Shown here piece by piece: positions 1-11,586 of a DNA stretch of 64,000 nt (positions within the stretch are counted from its first letter, which is position 1; each line of letters starts with the position of its first letter). The position numbers and the translations under genes are program-made. Origin of the DNA: Rebecca billardiae RCC1528 (Eukaryota; Protista; Haptophyta); NCBI GenBank assembly GCA_965240325.2, contig OZ251238.1, positions 1,302,001-1,366,000 on the forward strand. Reading direction: 5' to 3'. The notes beneath the pieces are model-generated. The model saw only the letters and a list, made by a program, of their open reading frames with translations. It was not told where the DNA came from and did not search any database.

Positions 1-618
1 ACGCCTGCGGCGCGGCCTGCGGCACTGCTGGCAGCTGCCTGAGCTGGTGCTGATGGCACCACCCTCAGTCTGACCCTCGAGGCGTTTCTGATACAGTCGA
101 CGATCGTAGTATATATTATATTATTACGTCGTCGCATCAGTGACTATCCGCGAGAGTTGACACCAGCATATGACTATCTGACAAAGGCGGGCATCATCAA
201 GCCTGGCAGCGGTGGCCGTGGGGGCCGGTGGCAGCAGCCTGGCAGCGCAGCGGCCGCAGGCGCAGCGCGCGAGCGCGGGCGCCGTAGACGTAGTCGCCGA
301 TATATAGCGCGACGACACCGCTGCCTGCAGTGTCGTCGTGCGGCATCAGGCTTCGGCCGCCGCCATCATCAGCGACCGGGTGATCCGAACCGCCCGACGG
401 CGACGACGTTCTCATCGCCAGTTGCTGATGCTCGCGACAGCACGCACGGCTGTCACACGCGCGGATGAGCAAGCATTGAGCCGGTCGTCACTCCGTCGTG
501 TGCAGTCATTCGCCGGCCTGACAGGGCGGCGTCAGCGTGCGCAGGCCATCCAACCCACCTTGATGGTCATAGCCCTCGCGCCTGCCACTCGTAGTCGCGA
601 CTGTGCCGCGAGGCGCGC

Positions 619-870
619 TCACATCGCCGCCAGCTCGAGCTTGGCCCTCTCGAGCGCGTGCAGCAGGGTGAAGAACTGGCTCAGCTCGAGCTCGACCACG
701 TGCTCCTGCAGCGCCGCGGGGTCGTCCGCCGACGGTGCGCCCTCTGCGACGAGTCTTAAGCGGACGTACGTCGCGCCACTCACCTGCAGTTCCGAGGTGC
801 TCGCCGTCACGCCGAACGCGTACTCCATGTCTACAAGGCGCGCTCGCGCCGAAGACGCCGGCACCGCCAT
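619..870 (-). CDS. COMM-domain protein (COMMD7-like C-terminal domain; short or 5'-truncated)
   Basis: LVDMEYAFGVTASTSEL...YVRLRL...VELELSQFFTLLHALERAK matches the COMM domain pattern (COMMD7 LIDMEWKFGVT..SSEL...ELTLPQFYSFLHEMER). Nearest ATG is at 870. Confidence 0.75.
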   Translation of the reverse strand: MAVPASSARARLVDMEYAFGVTASTSELQVSGATYVRLRLVAEGAPSADDPAALQEHVVELELSQFFTLLHALERAKLELAAM

Positions 871-922
871 GCTGGGCGTGCCAACTTCTCTTCCGCTCCC
901 GCACGCGCTGCAGCCTGCAGGC

Positions 923-2037
923 CCAAGGGGAGTCAGGGTACAGCACGTCCAGTTGGGCTGCAGCTGGAGCTTGGGTCCAAAAGCTTCCCGCGGCGCAGCG
1001 GCACTCGCCGCCGCCGCCGCCGTCGAGGGGCGGTTGTGGCGCGCACGGCGTGAGCCGCTGCGGGCGCTGAGGTGCGCGCGACGGCGGCGCGCCCGGCGGC
1101 GCTGCTGTAGGAGGCCTCTGCCCTCCTCTCTGCCCCGCGCGCTTCGCTCGTCGTCGCCGTCTCCGCGCCTGCGACTCAGCGCGCACGCGAGCGCCGCACC
1201 GCCCGGCCGCCGGGGCAATCTCAGCCGTGACTGCGCATGTGCGTCGCGACCTGGTCGGCCCAGCGCGCGAGGCGCGTGTGGGCGAGGTAGGGCCAGTATG
1301 GGCGCGCGCCATGCCGCCTCTAGTAACCATCAGAGCGTACATCAGGAGACTGAGCACGCGTGTCTGGTTGGCCGCTTGGACTGTGTTCAAGCAATGCACG
1401 GGCCATCGTCGAGGCGATTTCGAGGCACTCAGTCAAAACGTCAGTTCCGCGCGCAGACGACCTGGACGAGAGCCACTGACGATGTATGTTTCGAACGATC
1501 ACAAAAGGCTCTGCAACTATGGCGTCTGTACGCCTACTGCCTCGATCGTGCACACTGACGTCTGCGCTTGGGTGCCACATGTTTGTCAACGTTGTCGACA
1601 GAGGTGCAAGGCCCGCGACATGCCCACCGGCGCAAGGTCGAGGCGGCATGGCGCGCGCCCATACTGGCCCTACCTCGCCCACACGCGCCTCGCGCGCTGG
1701 GCCGACCAGGTCGCGACGCACATGCGCAGTCACGGCTGAGATTGCCCCGGCGGCCGGGCGGTGCCGCGCTCGCGTGCGCGCTGAGTCGCAGGCGCGGAGA
1801 CGGCGACGACGAGCGAAGCGCGCGGGGCAGAGAGGAGGGCAGTGGCCTCCTACAGCAGCGCCGCCGGGCGCGCCGCCGTCGCGCGCACCTCAGCGCCCGC
1901 AGCGGCTCACGCCGTGCGCGCCACAACCGCCCCTCGACGGCGGCGGCGGCGGCGAGTGCCGCTGCGCCGCGGGAAGCTTTTGGACCCAAGCTCCAGCTGC
2001 AGCCCAACTGGACGTGCTGTACCCTGACTCCCCTTGG
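923..2037. repeat. ~398-bp near-perfect inverted repeat (arms 923-1320 and 1640-2037, ~320-bp spacer)
   Basis: The arms are reverse complements, and the ORF track shows the same peptides on opposite strands (e.g. GGMARAHTGPTSP...LDVLYPDSPW). Confidence 0.95.
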
Positions 2038-2104
2038 CAGGCCTGCAGCGCTGGCTCCGGTGAGCAACGCTCGCCTCGAGCCGTTGATCGCGCTACCGGC
2101 CGCC

Positions 2105-3235
2105 ATGGCGATTGCGGCCACCTCGCACAGGCGAGCCCCGCTGCCGCTGCCGCTCGCGCTCGCGCTGGTGCTCGAGGGCGCGTCCCGCTCGGCGGTCGCG
2201 GGCGCGGACCCCACCGGCCTCGGCAGCGCGTGCGCGTGCACGCCGATCACCAAGCCGCGGCGCGTCTTCTTCAACCGCGTGCCCAAGTGCGGCTCGACCA
2301 CGATGGAGTCGGTGATCAACGCGGCGCGGAAGAAGCACGGCTTCCACTTCCGCCGCTCGCCGGACTACACGCACCAGCACCTCAGCCTCGCGCAGCGCCG
2401 CGGCTTCGTCCGCTACTTCGCCTCCAACCCGCGCCCGTTCCTGTACGACCGCCACCTGCACCACATCCGCTTCGAGGAGTTTGGCACGCCCTCGCCCGTG
2501 TACATCAACCTGATCCGCGACCCGGTGTCGATGCACGTGTCGGACTTCTACTTCCACCGCGAGTGCGTCTGCACGGTGCGCTCGCCGTGGTGCGTGAGCG
2601 AGTGGCACATGCGCTCCGCGCCGTTCTGCAACCGCAGCATCGACGAGGCGTATGGCTCGCGCGCCGTCAAGCCGACGCCCGGCTTCCTGACGGCGTTCTT
2701 CTGCGGGCACGACAAGGAGTGCGCGGGGTCGAACCACACGCGCGCCGTCGCCGTGGCCAAGCGGCACATCCGCGACCGCTTCCTCTGGGTGGGCGTGCTC
2801 GAGCAGTTTGCGCAGTCGCTGCAGCTGCTGGGCGCGCTGCTGCCGCACTTCTTCGGCGGGCTGGACGCGCACTACTGGGCCGCGCAGAAGCACCGCCCGG
2901 CGGGCACGAAGAAGGGCGCGCCGCCGAGCGAGGCGACGGCGGCGAAGATCCGCGCCGAGCTCGCGCTCGACTACGAGCTCTACGACTACGTCAAGCAGCT
3001 GCTCGCGTGCAAGCTGCGCGCGTGCGCCATCCCGCCAGAGGAGGGCGAGCGCGAGCACTCGGCGCCCTCGGCCTCGGGGGAGCCGCAGCCCGTGGTGCCC
3101 TCCACCTCACACGGGCTCTCGGCCTCCAGCCTGCGCCTCAGTGTAGGCGACAGAGAAGGCGGCGGCAGTGCGGCGCCGGTCGCCGCGATCGAGGTGGGGC
3201 GTTGGCGCCGGCACGGAGCCGTCGACTTCCACTGA
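2105..3235 (+). CDS. Heparan/uronyl 2-O-sulfotransferase-like Golgi sulfotransferase
   Basis: N-terminal hydrophobic anchor, 5'-PSB motif FFNRVPKCGSTT, 3'-PB YINLIRDPV..VSDFYF, FFCG, VGVLE and DYELYDY motifs. Confidence 0.9.
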   Translation: MAIAATSHRRAPLPLPLALALVLEGASRSAVAGADPTGLGSACACTPITKPRRVFFNRVPKCGSTTMESVINAARKKHGFHFRRSPDYTHQHLSLAQRRGFVRYFASNPRPFLYDRHLHHIRFEEFGTPSPVYINLIRDPVSMHVSDFYFHRECVCTVRSPWCVSEWHMRSAPFCNRSIDEAYGSRAVKPTPGFLTAFFCGHDKECAGSNHTRAVAVAKRHIRDRFLWVGVLEQFAQSLQLLGALLPHFFGGLDAHYWAAQKHRPAGTKKGAPPSEATAAKIRAELALDYELYDYVKQLLACKLRACAIPPEEGEREHSAPSASGEPQPVVPSTSHGLSASSLRLSVGDREGGGSAAPVAAIEVGRWRRHGAVDFH

Positions 3236-3700
3236 CCGCGAGTGTCCAGAACGGTGAATGGTGATTGCGGATGCCGCGCCCGGGCGGGCGCGTCCGCGTC
3301 CGGTATCACTACGTCTCGCGTCACAGTGCTCGGACGATATCGCTGCCCGGCCGCCCGGCCCGGCGGTCCGGCGCCGGGCCCGCCGCCGCCCCGGCCGCGT
3401 CCCCGGCGCCGCCGCGCGGCGCGCCGGCGCCGCCCCGGGTAGTCCCGCGCGGCGGATGATATACTAGCAGCGCTAGCTACCGGACCATATATCATCACGC
3501 GCGTCGTCATCATTGATGCGGTCATCATATATATATCACGACGACATCATGCATCAGTCGTCAATCATATAATATCTGATTCAGATATTATATATATCAT
3601 CTGATATATTCTATATATATCAGATATATATATTATTCGCGTGGCGTGCGCGGCGGCGGGCGGGCGGCCGTGCGCGTCGTCGACGTCGTCATATCTCCTA

Positions 3701-5348
3701 CACCTTGAATGACCCCAGTGGGCGGAAATGGCCATATCTCCCGGAGATTGCGTTTACTGACGTACGTCAGTAAAGTTTCGTCGGGATTTTCAGCAATTTC
3801 ATTGGAGGAGGGTGCCTCACTCTATTGTCCAAACTTGCATTTTCGGGATGTGAAGCTGTAAGTGTTTCGCCTTGCGGAGTAGCGCAGCCGCCAATCCGTC
3901 CAATGGGAAGCCAGCTCGGGCTTCGCTCAATGAAAAATGATCACATCGGCTCCCGCGAGCCCCAATAGGAAATAGATGCTCGCTCCGTTCCACTTCGTCG
4001 GTATCTCGCCGTCTCGTGGTGGGCGAGGGGCGGAGCTGAGTGGTTGGGGCTGCGGCGCGGACTGCGATGCTGGGCTGCTGACGTTCTCCGCGCGGGATAT
4101 CTGAGGGGCACGCGAGCTGTATGTAGGGCACGCCTTGCAAACAATCTCCCCGCTGTACGTGCAGGTCATGCTAGCGTCCTCCGCGCCAAAAAAACCTGCT
4201 TGTTCTTGCGCGAGGCCCGAGTCCGCGGCACGGTCGCTGCTCGCCGCAAGCTGGCACGCGTCAGCGTCTACACATTCACGATTCGGTGGTCATCGTGCGC
4301 CTGAGGACGGGGGCGATCTACTGAGTGCGCTGCTAGATGAGCAGGCCCGCGTAAGGTTAGATCACCCTGCTCCTCACGCCTTGCGCGCACCTTGGGTTGC
4401 TTCCGTCACGCCGTTGAGGCGCTTCACGTCGCACGGGTCGGCGTAAGCTGTGTGTGTGATGCAAGCAGACGTCTTCCAAGCCTGGCTTGTACCCGATGGG
4501 AGAGCATACTTCTATCGCCTTCAGCCACCACCTTCTCCGGCGTTCGACGCCCACACTACATGCGACCACAGCCATACGCAGCTCGTCGGGACTCGTCTCC
4601 GTTAGCTTGTCGATGTGCAAACGCCAAGGCCTGTGACACGCAGGGAAGACTGATTCGCCATGGCATTTGTGCACTGCGTGAAGCATTGACACCCGCGCAC
4701 GTTCGCCAGGTAGATTTGCGGGAGCAGAGCGTGCTTTTCTGCAAGGAATCGCACACGTATCACAGAAGTTCAGCAGTCGCGGGCTCGGACTGAAGATCTC
4801 TGCACCGTCGCTTGGCCGTGAGTGACAGGAACAGGCGAGGAGCTCCCACGGTGCTGGCGCACAACATGCCGTGACAGCGGGGGGCACACACATGGCGCGT
4901 GCGCTGACACAACCGCGCGGACGACCGGGCTAGGCGCCACTGATCGGCCGCCCTCGTGCAAGGCACCGGCGGACTTCGCGGCCGGAACGCCATCGGGACA
5001 GCCGTCCCTCGTTTCGGCCGCCAGATAGTCTTTCGCCTTCTTCAAAACTCTAAACATTGACTGGCCAAGTAACTCTGAGATTCGCAATCGTGCGGCCAAA
5101 AACGGGGCTGGGGGGCAGTCACGGGCAACTACATGATGACCAAGGCCGACGACGACTGCAAAACAGCGGCATCCCCGGGCGCCTACTACCTCAGTGACCG
5201 TGTGATCAGCATCGGTTACGACGACTCCCTCACCCGCGGCCAACGCGCTCCGACATCCTCCATTAACTCCATTCAGTACTTCGACAGACGAATCAGGAGA
5301 GCTGCGCCCTCGTGCCTGTGTCTTTAAATCATAGAATTAGTCAAGGTG
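3701..5348. mobile_element. Non-autonomous TIR DNA transposon, copy 1 (CACCTTGA...TCAAGGTG); right TIR interrupted by an insertion
   Basis: ~1.43-kb sequence nearly identical to 5349-6782. Starts CACCTTGAATGACCCCAG. The right TIR GGGGCAGTCA|AGGTG is split by the 5122-5338 insert. Confidence 0.8.
5122..5338 (+). mobile_element. 5'-truncated retroelement-like (LINE/SINE 3' end) insertion with AGTCA target-site duplication
   Basis: AGTCA at 5117-5121 and 5339-5343. The 3' end GACGAATCAGGAGA...TGTGTC.TTAAATCATAGAAT is shared with the copies at ~21.9 kb and ~39.1 kb. Confidence 0.65.
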
Positions 5349-6782
5349 CACCTTGAATGGCCCCAGTGGGCGGAATTGGCCATATCTCCCGGAGATTGCG
5401 TGTACCCGCACGTGCGAGTAAAGTTTCGTCGGGATTTTCAGCAATTTCATTGGACGAGGGTGCCTCACTCTATTGTCCAAACTTGCATTTTCGGGATGTG
5501 AAGCTGTAAGTGTTTCGCCTTGCGGAGTAGCGCAGCCGCCAATCCGTCCAATGGGAAGCCAGCTCGGGCTTCGCTCAATGAAAAATGATCAATCGGCTCC
5601 CGCGAGCCCCAATAAGGAAATAGATGCTCGCTCCGTTCCACTTCTGTCGGTATCTCGCCGTCTCGTGGTGGGCGAGGGGCGGAGCTGAGTGGTTGGGGCT
5701 GCGGCGCGGACTGCGATGCTGGGCTGCTGACGTTCTCCGCGCGGGATATCTGAGGGGCACGCGAGCTGTATGTAGGGCACGCCTTGCAAACAATCTCCCC
5801 GCTGTACGTGCAGGTCATGCTAGCGTCCTCCGCGCCAAAAAAACCTGCTTGTTCTTGCGCGAGGCCCGAGTCCGCCGGCACGGTCGCTGCTCGCCGCAAG
5901 CTGGCACGCGTCAGCGTCTACACATTCACGATTCGGTGGTCATCGTGCGCCTGAGGACGGGGGCGATCTACTGAGTGCGCTGCTAGATGAGCAGGCCCGC
6001 GTAAGGTTAGATCACCCTGCTCCTCACGCCTTGCGCGCACCTTGGGTTGCTTCCGTCACGCTTGAGGCGCTTCACGTCGCACGGGTCGGCGTAAGCTGTG
6101 TGTGTGATGCAAGCAGACGTCTTCCAAGCCTGGCTTGTACCCGATGGGAGAGCATACTTCTATCGCCTTCAGCCACCACCTTCTCCGGCGTTCGACGCCC
6201 ACACTACATGCGACCACAGCCATACGCAGCTCGTCGGGACTCGTCTCCGTTAGCTTGTCGATGTGCAAACGCCAAGGCCTGTGACACGCAGGGAAGACTG
6301 ATTCGCCATGGCATTTGTGCACTGCGTGAAGCATTGACACCAGCGCACGTTCGCCAGGTAGATTTGCGGGAGCAGAGCGTGCTTTTCTGCCAGGATTCGC
6401 ACACGTATCACATGAAGTTCAGCAGTCGCGGGCTCGGACTGAAGATCTCTGCACCGTCGCTTAGCCGTGAGTGACAGGAACAGGCGAGGAGCTCCCACTG
6501 TGCTGGCGCACAACATGCCGTGACAGCGGGGGGCACACACATGGCGCGTGCGCTGACAGAACCGCGCGGACGACCGGGCTAGGCGCCACTGATCGGCCGC
6601 CCTCGTGCAAGGCACCGGCGGACTTCGCGGCCGGAACGCCATCGGGACAGCCGTCCCTCGTTTCGGCCGCCAGATACTAGATAGTCTTTCGCCTTCTTCA
6701 AAACTCTAAACATTGACTGGCCAAGTAACTCTGAGATTCGCAATCGTGCGGCCAAAAACGGGGCTGGGGGGCAGTCAAGGTG
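5349..6782. mobile_element. Non-autonomous TIR DNA transposon, copy 2 (intact ends)
   Basis: Left end CACCTTGAATGGCCCCAG; reverse complement of the right end CACCTTGACTGCCCCCCAG. No recognisable intact transposase ORF. Confidence 0.8.
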
Positions 6783-6851
6783 ACACAAGGCGCGTTAAAT
6801 CATAGAATGAGTAGACATCCAGCTCGAATATATATATATATATATCAGTCA

Positions 6852-9507
6852 TCAGACCTCCGGCGCATCGTTGAAACTTGCTGCGCCCGACCCCGCCGCA
6901 CCATCATCCGCCAACATCGAGGCCGGCGGCGGCATCGCGAGCGAGCAGAGCACGTCGCGCACGTACTGCATGCCGGTCGGGTCCTTGTCCACGCACGCCG
7001 TCAGCCCGCACGCCTCGAACTCGTCGCGGTCGGGCGAGCCCTGCGGGTCGCCCGTCATGCCGATGATGATGCCGTCGTACCCGGCCGCGCGCAGCCGGCG
7101 CGTCGCCTCGTCGCCGCGCATCGTCGGCATCTGATTGTCCATCAGCACGATGTCGTAGCGCACGCCCTCCTCGAGCATGCGCCGGAGGCACTCGGCGCCG
7201 TCGGCGGCCGTGTCGTGCGGCACGCCGATCGCGTCGAAGACGCTGCTCCCGATCATCATCTGCAGCATCATGTCGTCCTGCGCGGCACACGCCCGGGGCG
7301 GCGGGCGCGCGTGAGCGCACGCGCACGAGGGGCGCGGCGCGCGGCGCGGCGCGCACCTCGACGTGCAGCGCGCGGAAGCTCGAGTGGAAGGCGAGCGCGG
7401 GGCGCGACTGCGGCGCGTCGTGGCTCGGCGTGGCCGCGCCCGCCACCGGGGGCGTGCGCACGCGCAAGCGCTCGCACGGCGCGCGCGGCGGCGAGTCGCT
7501 GCGGCCGCGCGCGCAGCCGACGCCGTCGCCGTCGCCGTCGCCGCGCGCCGCGGCGCAGCCGCGCGCGAGGGCGGGCGGCGCGACGACGAGGGGCTGGGGC
7601 GGCGCGCTCGCCAGCGAGCGGCTGGCGAGGCCAGGCGAGTGCGCCGGCGGGCGCAGGTCGCGGTTGGGCGAGGCGAGGTGCCAATCGCCCACGCGCGTCG
7701 ACGAGTCGGCGAGCAGCGCGGAGCCCGCGGCCGCGGCCGCGTCGGCGCCCGCCTCCGCGAGCGGCAGCGTGAGGCGGAAGGTGGTGCCGAGCCCGGCGCC
7801 GGCGGAGTAGATGTGTAGCGCGCAGCCGCACTCGTGCAGCGCGAGCAGCTGGCGCACGATGCTCAGCCCGAGCCCCGTGCCGCCGCGCCCGCCGAGCTGC
7901 CCCTGCCCCACCTGCGCAAAGTCCTGCCCCGAGCGCAGCGTCGCGAGCTCGGCGGCGCCGATGCCGATGCCGTCGTCGACCACGTCGATCACGAGCGCGC
8001 CGCGCGAGGCGGCGTCGGCGGGCTCGCGCGAGGCGCGGAGGCGCACGACGCCGCCCGGGTCGTTGAACTTGATCGCGTTGCTCAGCCCGTTGTTCAGGCA
8101 CTGCAGCAGCCGGCGCGCGTCGCCGACGAACTGCACGTCCTCGAGCTCAGGCGGCAGGGGCTCGCATTCGACCTTCACTCCCTTCCACGAGGCGTTGCCC
8201 ACGATCGAGCGCAGCGCGGCGTCGAGCAGCCCGCGCGCGGTGAAGACGGAGCGGACGAGGACGAGGCGGCCCGAGTCCATCCGCTCGAAGTCGAGCATGT
8301 CCGAGACGATGCCCTGCGTGAGCGACGAGCACGCGCTCACCACGTGCAGCATCTCGGCCGCGCGCGCCGAGTCGGTCGGCGTGCCGGCCGGCAGCGCGAG
8401 CAGCGCCTTGGCCGCCGTCTCGATCGAGAGGAGCGGCGAGCGCAGGTCGTGCATCACGACGCGGACGAGGCGCGAGCGCGCCTGCGTCGCCGCCTGCGCG
8501 GACTCCAGCTTGCTCTCCCTGCGCGCCTCCGCGCGCGCGAGCGCGCGCAGCTGCGTCGCCGACGCGTCGACCGAGCGGAGCGCGTGCCACATCTCGCGGT
8601 GCGAGCGCGCGAGGTGCGCGCGGATGAAGATCGTGAGGGCGGTGAAGGCGAGCAGGCAGAGCGAGAGCACCGCGGCGAGCGCGGCGTCGACGGCGCGCGA
8701 CTGCTCGGCCGAGAGCGCCGCGCACTTGAGCGCGCAGCCGCCCGTCGCGGCGCGCGCGCGCTGCGCGCCCGCCGCGCCGCCGTGCGCGAGCAGCTCGGCA
8801 CCGAGCGACGCGAGCGCGCTCGGCGCGACGACGCACGCGTACAGCAGCGGGCGGAGCGGGATGAAGACGGCGATGGTCGCCTGCAGCAGCATCACGTGCG
8901 CCGCGAGCACCGCCTGCTGCGAGAGCACGCCCGACGCCACGCCCGCCTCGCTGAACACGCCGGGCCACGAGCGGCCGCCGAGCGCGAGCGCGAGTGCGCA
9001 CGTGGTGAGCGCAAACGTGGCCCCAAAGCACGCCTCCGTCCAGCAGAGCTGCAGGCGCCACCGGCGCGCGATGGCCGCGAGCGCCGCGCACGCGAGCCAA
9101 AGCACGCCCACGCCCGCCATCAGCGAGACGAAACCCGCGTTGGCGCCGCCCGCCCACGCCGCGCCGAGCGCCGGCGTCGCCCACGCCGCGCTCAGCGCCG
9201 CCATCAGGTACGAGAAGCGCGCCACGCGCCTCTGCAGCAGGTCCTTCACCTCGCACCGCCGGTACTCGGCCTCGCGCGCGGGCCCTTGGAACTCCTGGTG
9301 CCACGCGAAGCGAGGTGGCTCGACGTCGAGCGAGCGGCTCGTCGTGATCGAGACCGAGCTCGACGACACTTGGCTGTCGGACAGCGCCTCGTCGTCTTCG
9401 TCCGAGCGCGCCGTCACACCGGATGCGCGCCTCTGGCGGAGGGCGTAGTCGCGCTCGAGCTGCGCGAGCGTGCGTCGCGACGAGTCCTTCCACTCGGACT
9501 CTGACAT
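6852..9507 (-). CDS. Membrane-bound hybrid sensor histidine kinase (TM region + HisKA + HATPase + receiver); intron 7278-7356
   Basis: H-box VMHDLRSPL, N-box NGLSNAIKF, G1 DDGIGI, G2 GTGLGLSI. The receiver LHVE|DD...DIVLMDNQMPTMRG is joined by a GT-AG intron. Confidence 0.92.
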
Positions 9508-9608
9508 CGCCGCCGGCGAGAGCGCTGTGCTTCTCGCAGTCACGCGCGTGGGCGAACGTCGAGGACGTGGGCGAACGCTGTCGTTCGCCAGTCGTGGCTA
9601 AACCGGTG

Positions 9609-10189
9609 GGGTGGGTCGAATCGACGCGGCGAGGCCGTGCGAAGCTTGGGAGCGGACGGTTTCCGCGGTTGAATTAGCGGCTCCCCGCGCGACGAAGCGA
9701 CGTCGCTCTAAACGATCAAAATCGAACTGATGAAGGATTTCATATGCACGGGCTACTTGCGAACCATACTCAGCTTGGGGGAAAGACCGCTCGGACGAAG
9801 CCTTGATGTCAAAAGCGCACGATACCGTGGGTAGTATCTTGAACGGGTAGCCGGGTAGTTCCATCATTCCAAGTACGTGCATGTATTACTATTGGTGAAC
9901 CGGGTGGGTCGAATCGACGCGGCGAGGCCGTGCGAAGCTTGGGAGCGGACGGTTTCCGCGGTTGAATTAGCGGCTCCCCGCGCGACGAAGCGACGTCGCT
10001 CTAAACGATCAAAATCGAACTGATGAAGGATTTCATATGCACGGGCTACTTGCGAACCATACTCAGCTTGGGGGAAAGACCGCTCGGACGAAGCCTTGAT
10101 GTCAAAAGCGCACGATACCGTGGGTAGTATCTTGAACGGGTAGCCGGGTAGTTCCATCATTCCAAGTACGTGCATGTATTACTATTGGT
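9609..10189. repeat. Tandem duplication, 293-bp period (9609-9896, 9902-10189), lower GC
   Basis: Two identical copies; the same ORF peptide MHVLGMMELPGYPF... appears at 9882 and 10175. Confidence 0.95.
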
Positions 10190-11457
10190 CGTCATCATTC
10201 GTCAAAACTCGCTATATGAGGGTATGCTTTCATTTGGTGAGAATGTTGGAAGGAATATTTAGCCAAACGCTGGCTATGTGCAAGGAGGGCCTTCATTGGT
10301 CGCTTGCTCATGATTATTAGTGCTGAGGAGGAAGTGGTAACAATATGGGTTGGCGCTGCGCGTCAACTTGGGCTGGAAACCTGTTTCTGAAACGCATGAT
10401 GGCACGCCGGGCCGGTAGCCCGAGCTCGGAATTCCGACGCTGCCAACGGCGCCACAGGGGCGCAGCGGCGGGGCTGACGACGCGCGCGCGTGTGCACGTC
10501 TGACCACGGAGTGCGCGCTGCAATGACTGACCCGTCCGCAGCACCACGCCCCGCGCTGTGAGTGAGAGTGTGGCCCGCGCCCAAGCGAGAACGCGGGCCG
10601 GGCGGCACTCCGCCGACCTCGCTGGCCGCCGACCAGCCCGCGGCCGCCTGCTGCAGCTCGTGGAACACGCAGTCGCGCGCTCGCGCGTGGAGGGCGGACC
10701 TGCGCGTATGCGCCCGCCGGGCTTGCCGCTTCATCCGCTGGCACCGCAGTGCAGGTCGAGCCGTCCGCCGCCCACCGAGCCGGCGCCACGCCTCGCGTTC
10801 GTGCTCGAGCTGAGGCGGCGGCGTGTCGCCCGAGCCGGCGGGGTCGCGCGCGTGCGCGTGGTGGGCAGCCTCGCGCGTGCGCCCGCCGCGCGCCCCGCGT
10901 CTCTCGCTTGGCGCCGCACGCGAGCCGCTCGTCGCGCGACCGAACGAGACGTCAATCGCAAGGGCGACCCTTGGAATGGCGTGGGCTCTCCGCCTTGTCG
11001 TCCTTCACGGGACGTCGTCGATGCGAGGCCGCGCGAGGTTGCTCCGATGCTCGTAGTCCAATGCAAGATGATACCCGCGTGCCAATATCAGCGCGCCCCT
11101 TTGCTCGTGAATTGTCTAGCGAGAAAGTGGCGGATCGTGTGAATGTGAAGTGTGAACTCGCGACACGACGAATGGGCCGATGCGATTCGCGCGAATGTGA
11201 GTACGCAAAGCGCCGAACGACGAGCGGCTTTTGACCGAACGACGAGCGGCTTTTGTCCTATCGAGCGCGTAAGTGGGTACGCGAATTGCGCTTATGTGAC
11301 CCGGTGGGTGGTGAGCCGGGCGTCAAATAAAGGCCTGCGACGGGCTGGTCCCCAGCGTGAAGTCGTGCCTTTGTTCTCGTGGGTTTCCAGAATAATTAAT
11401 GCATGTCGTAGTGCTCCACGATGAATTAATCAACTAAATACTACTCCGAATCGCACG

Positions 11458-11586
11458 ATGGCAGACGATGGCGCGCGCATCAAAGTGCTGGTCACGGGGG
11501 CGACGGGCATGCTCGGCCGCTGCCTGGTGAGGCGACTCTCGCGCGCCCCCGAGAAGTACGAGGCTCTCGGCGCCTCGTACTTCCAG
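11458..11586 (+). pseudogene. Truncated RmlD/MAT2B-like (extended SDR) N-terminal Rossmann fragment
   Basis: MADDGARIKVLVTGATGMLGRCLVRRL carries the GxxGxxG motif. Similarity stops abruptly where the repeat element starts at ~11587. Confidence 0.65.

Noticed and set aside
9725-9770. Hammerhead at CTGATGA in the 293-bp repeat
   Set aside because: No stem II followed by GAAA.
10363-11142. Possible gene between the tandem repeat and the RmlD fragment
   Set aside because: GC-rich, but no consistent frame or recognisable domain.
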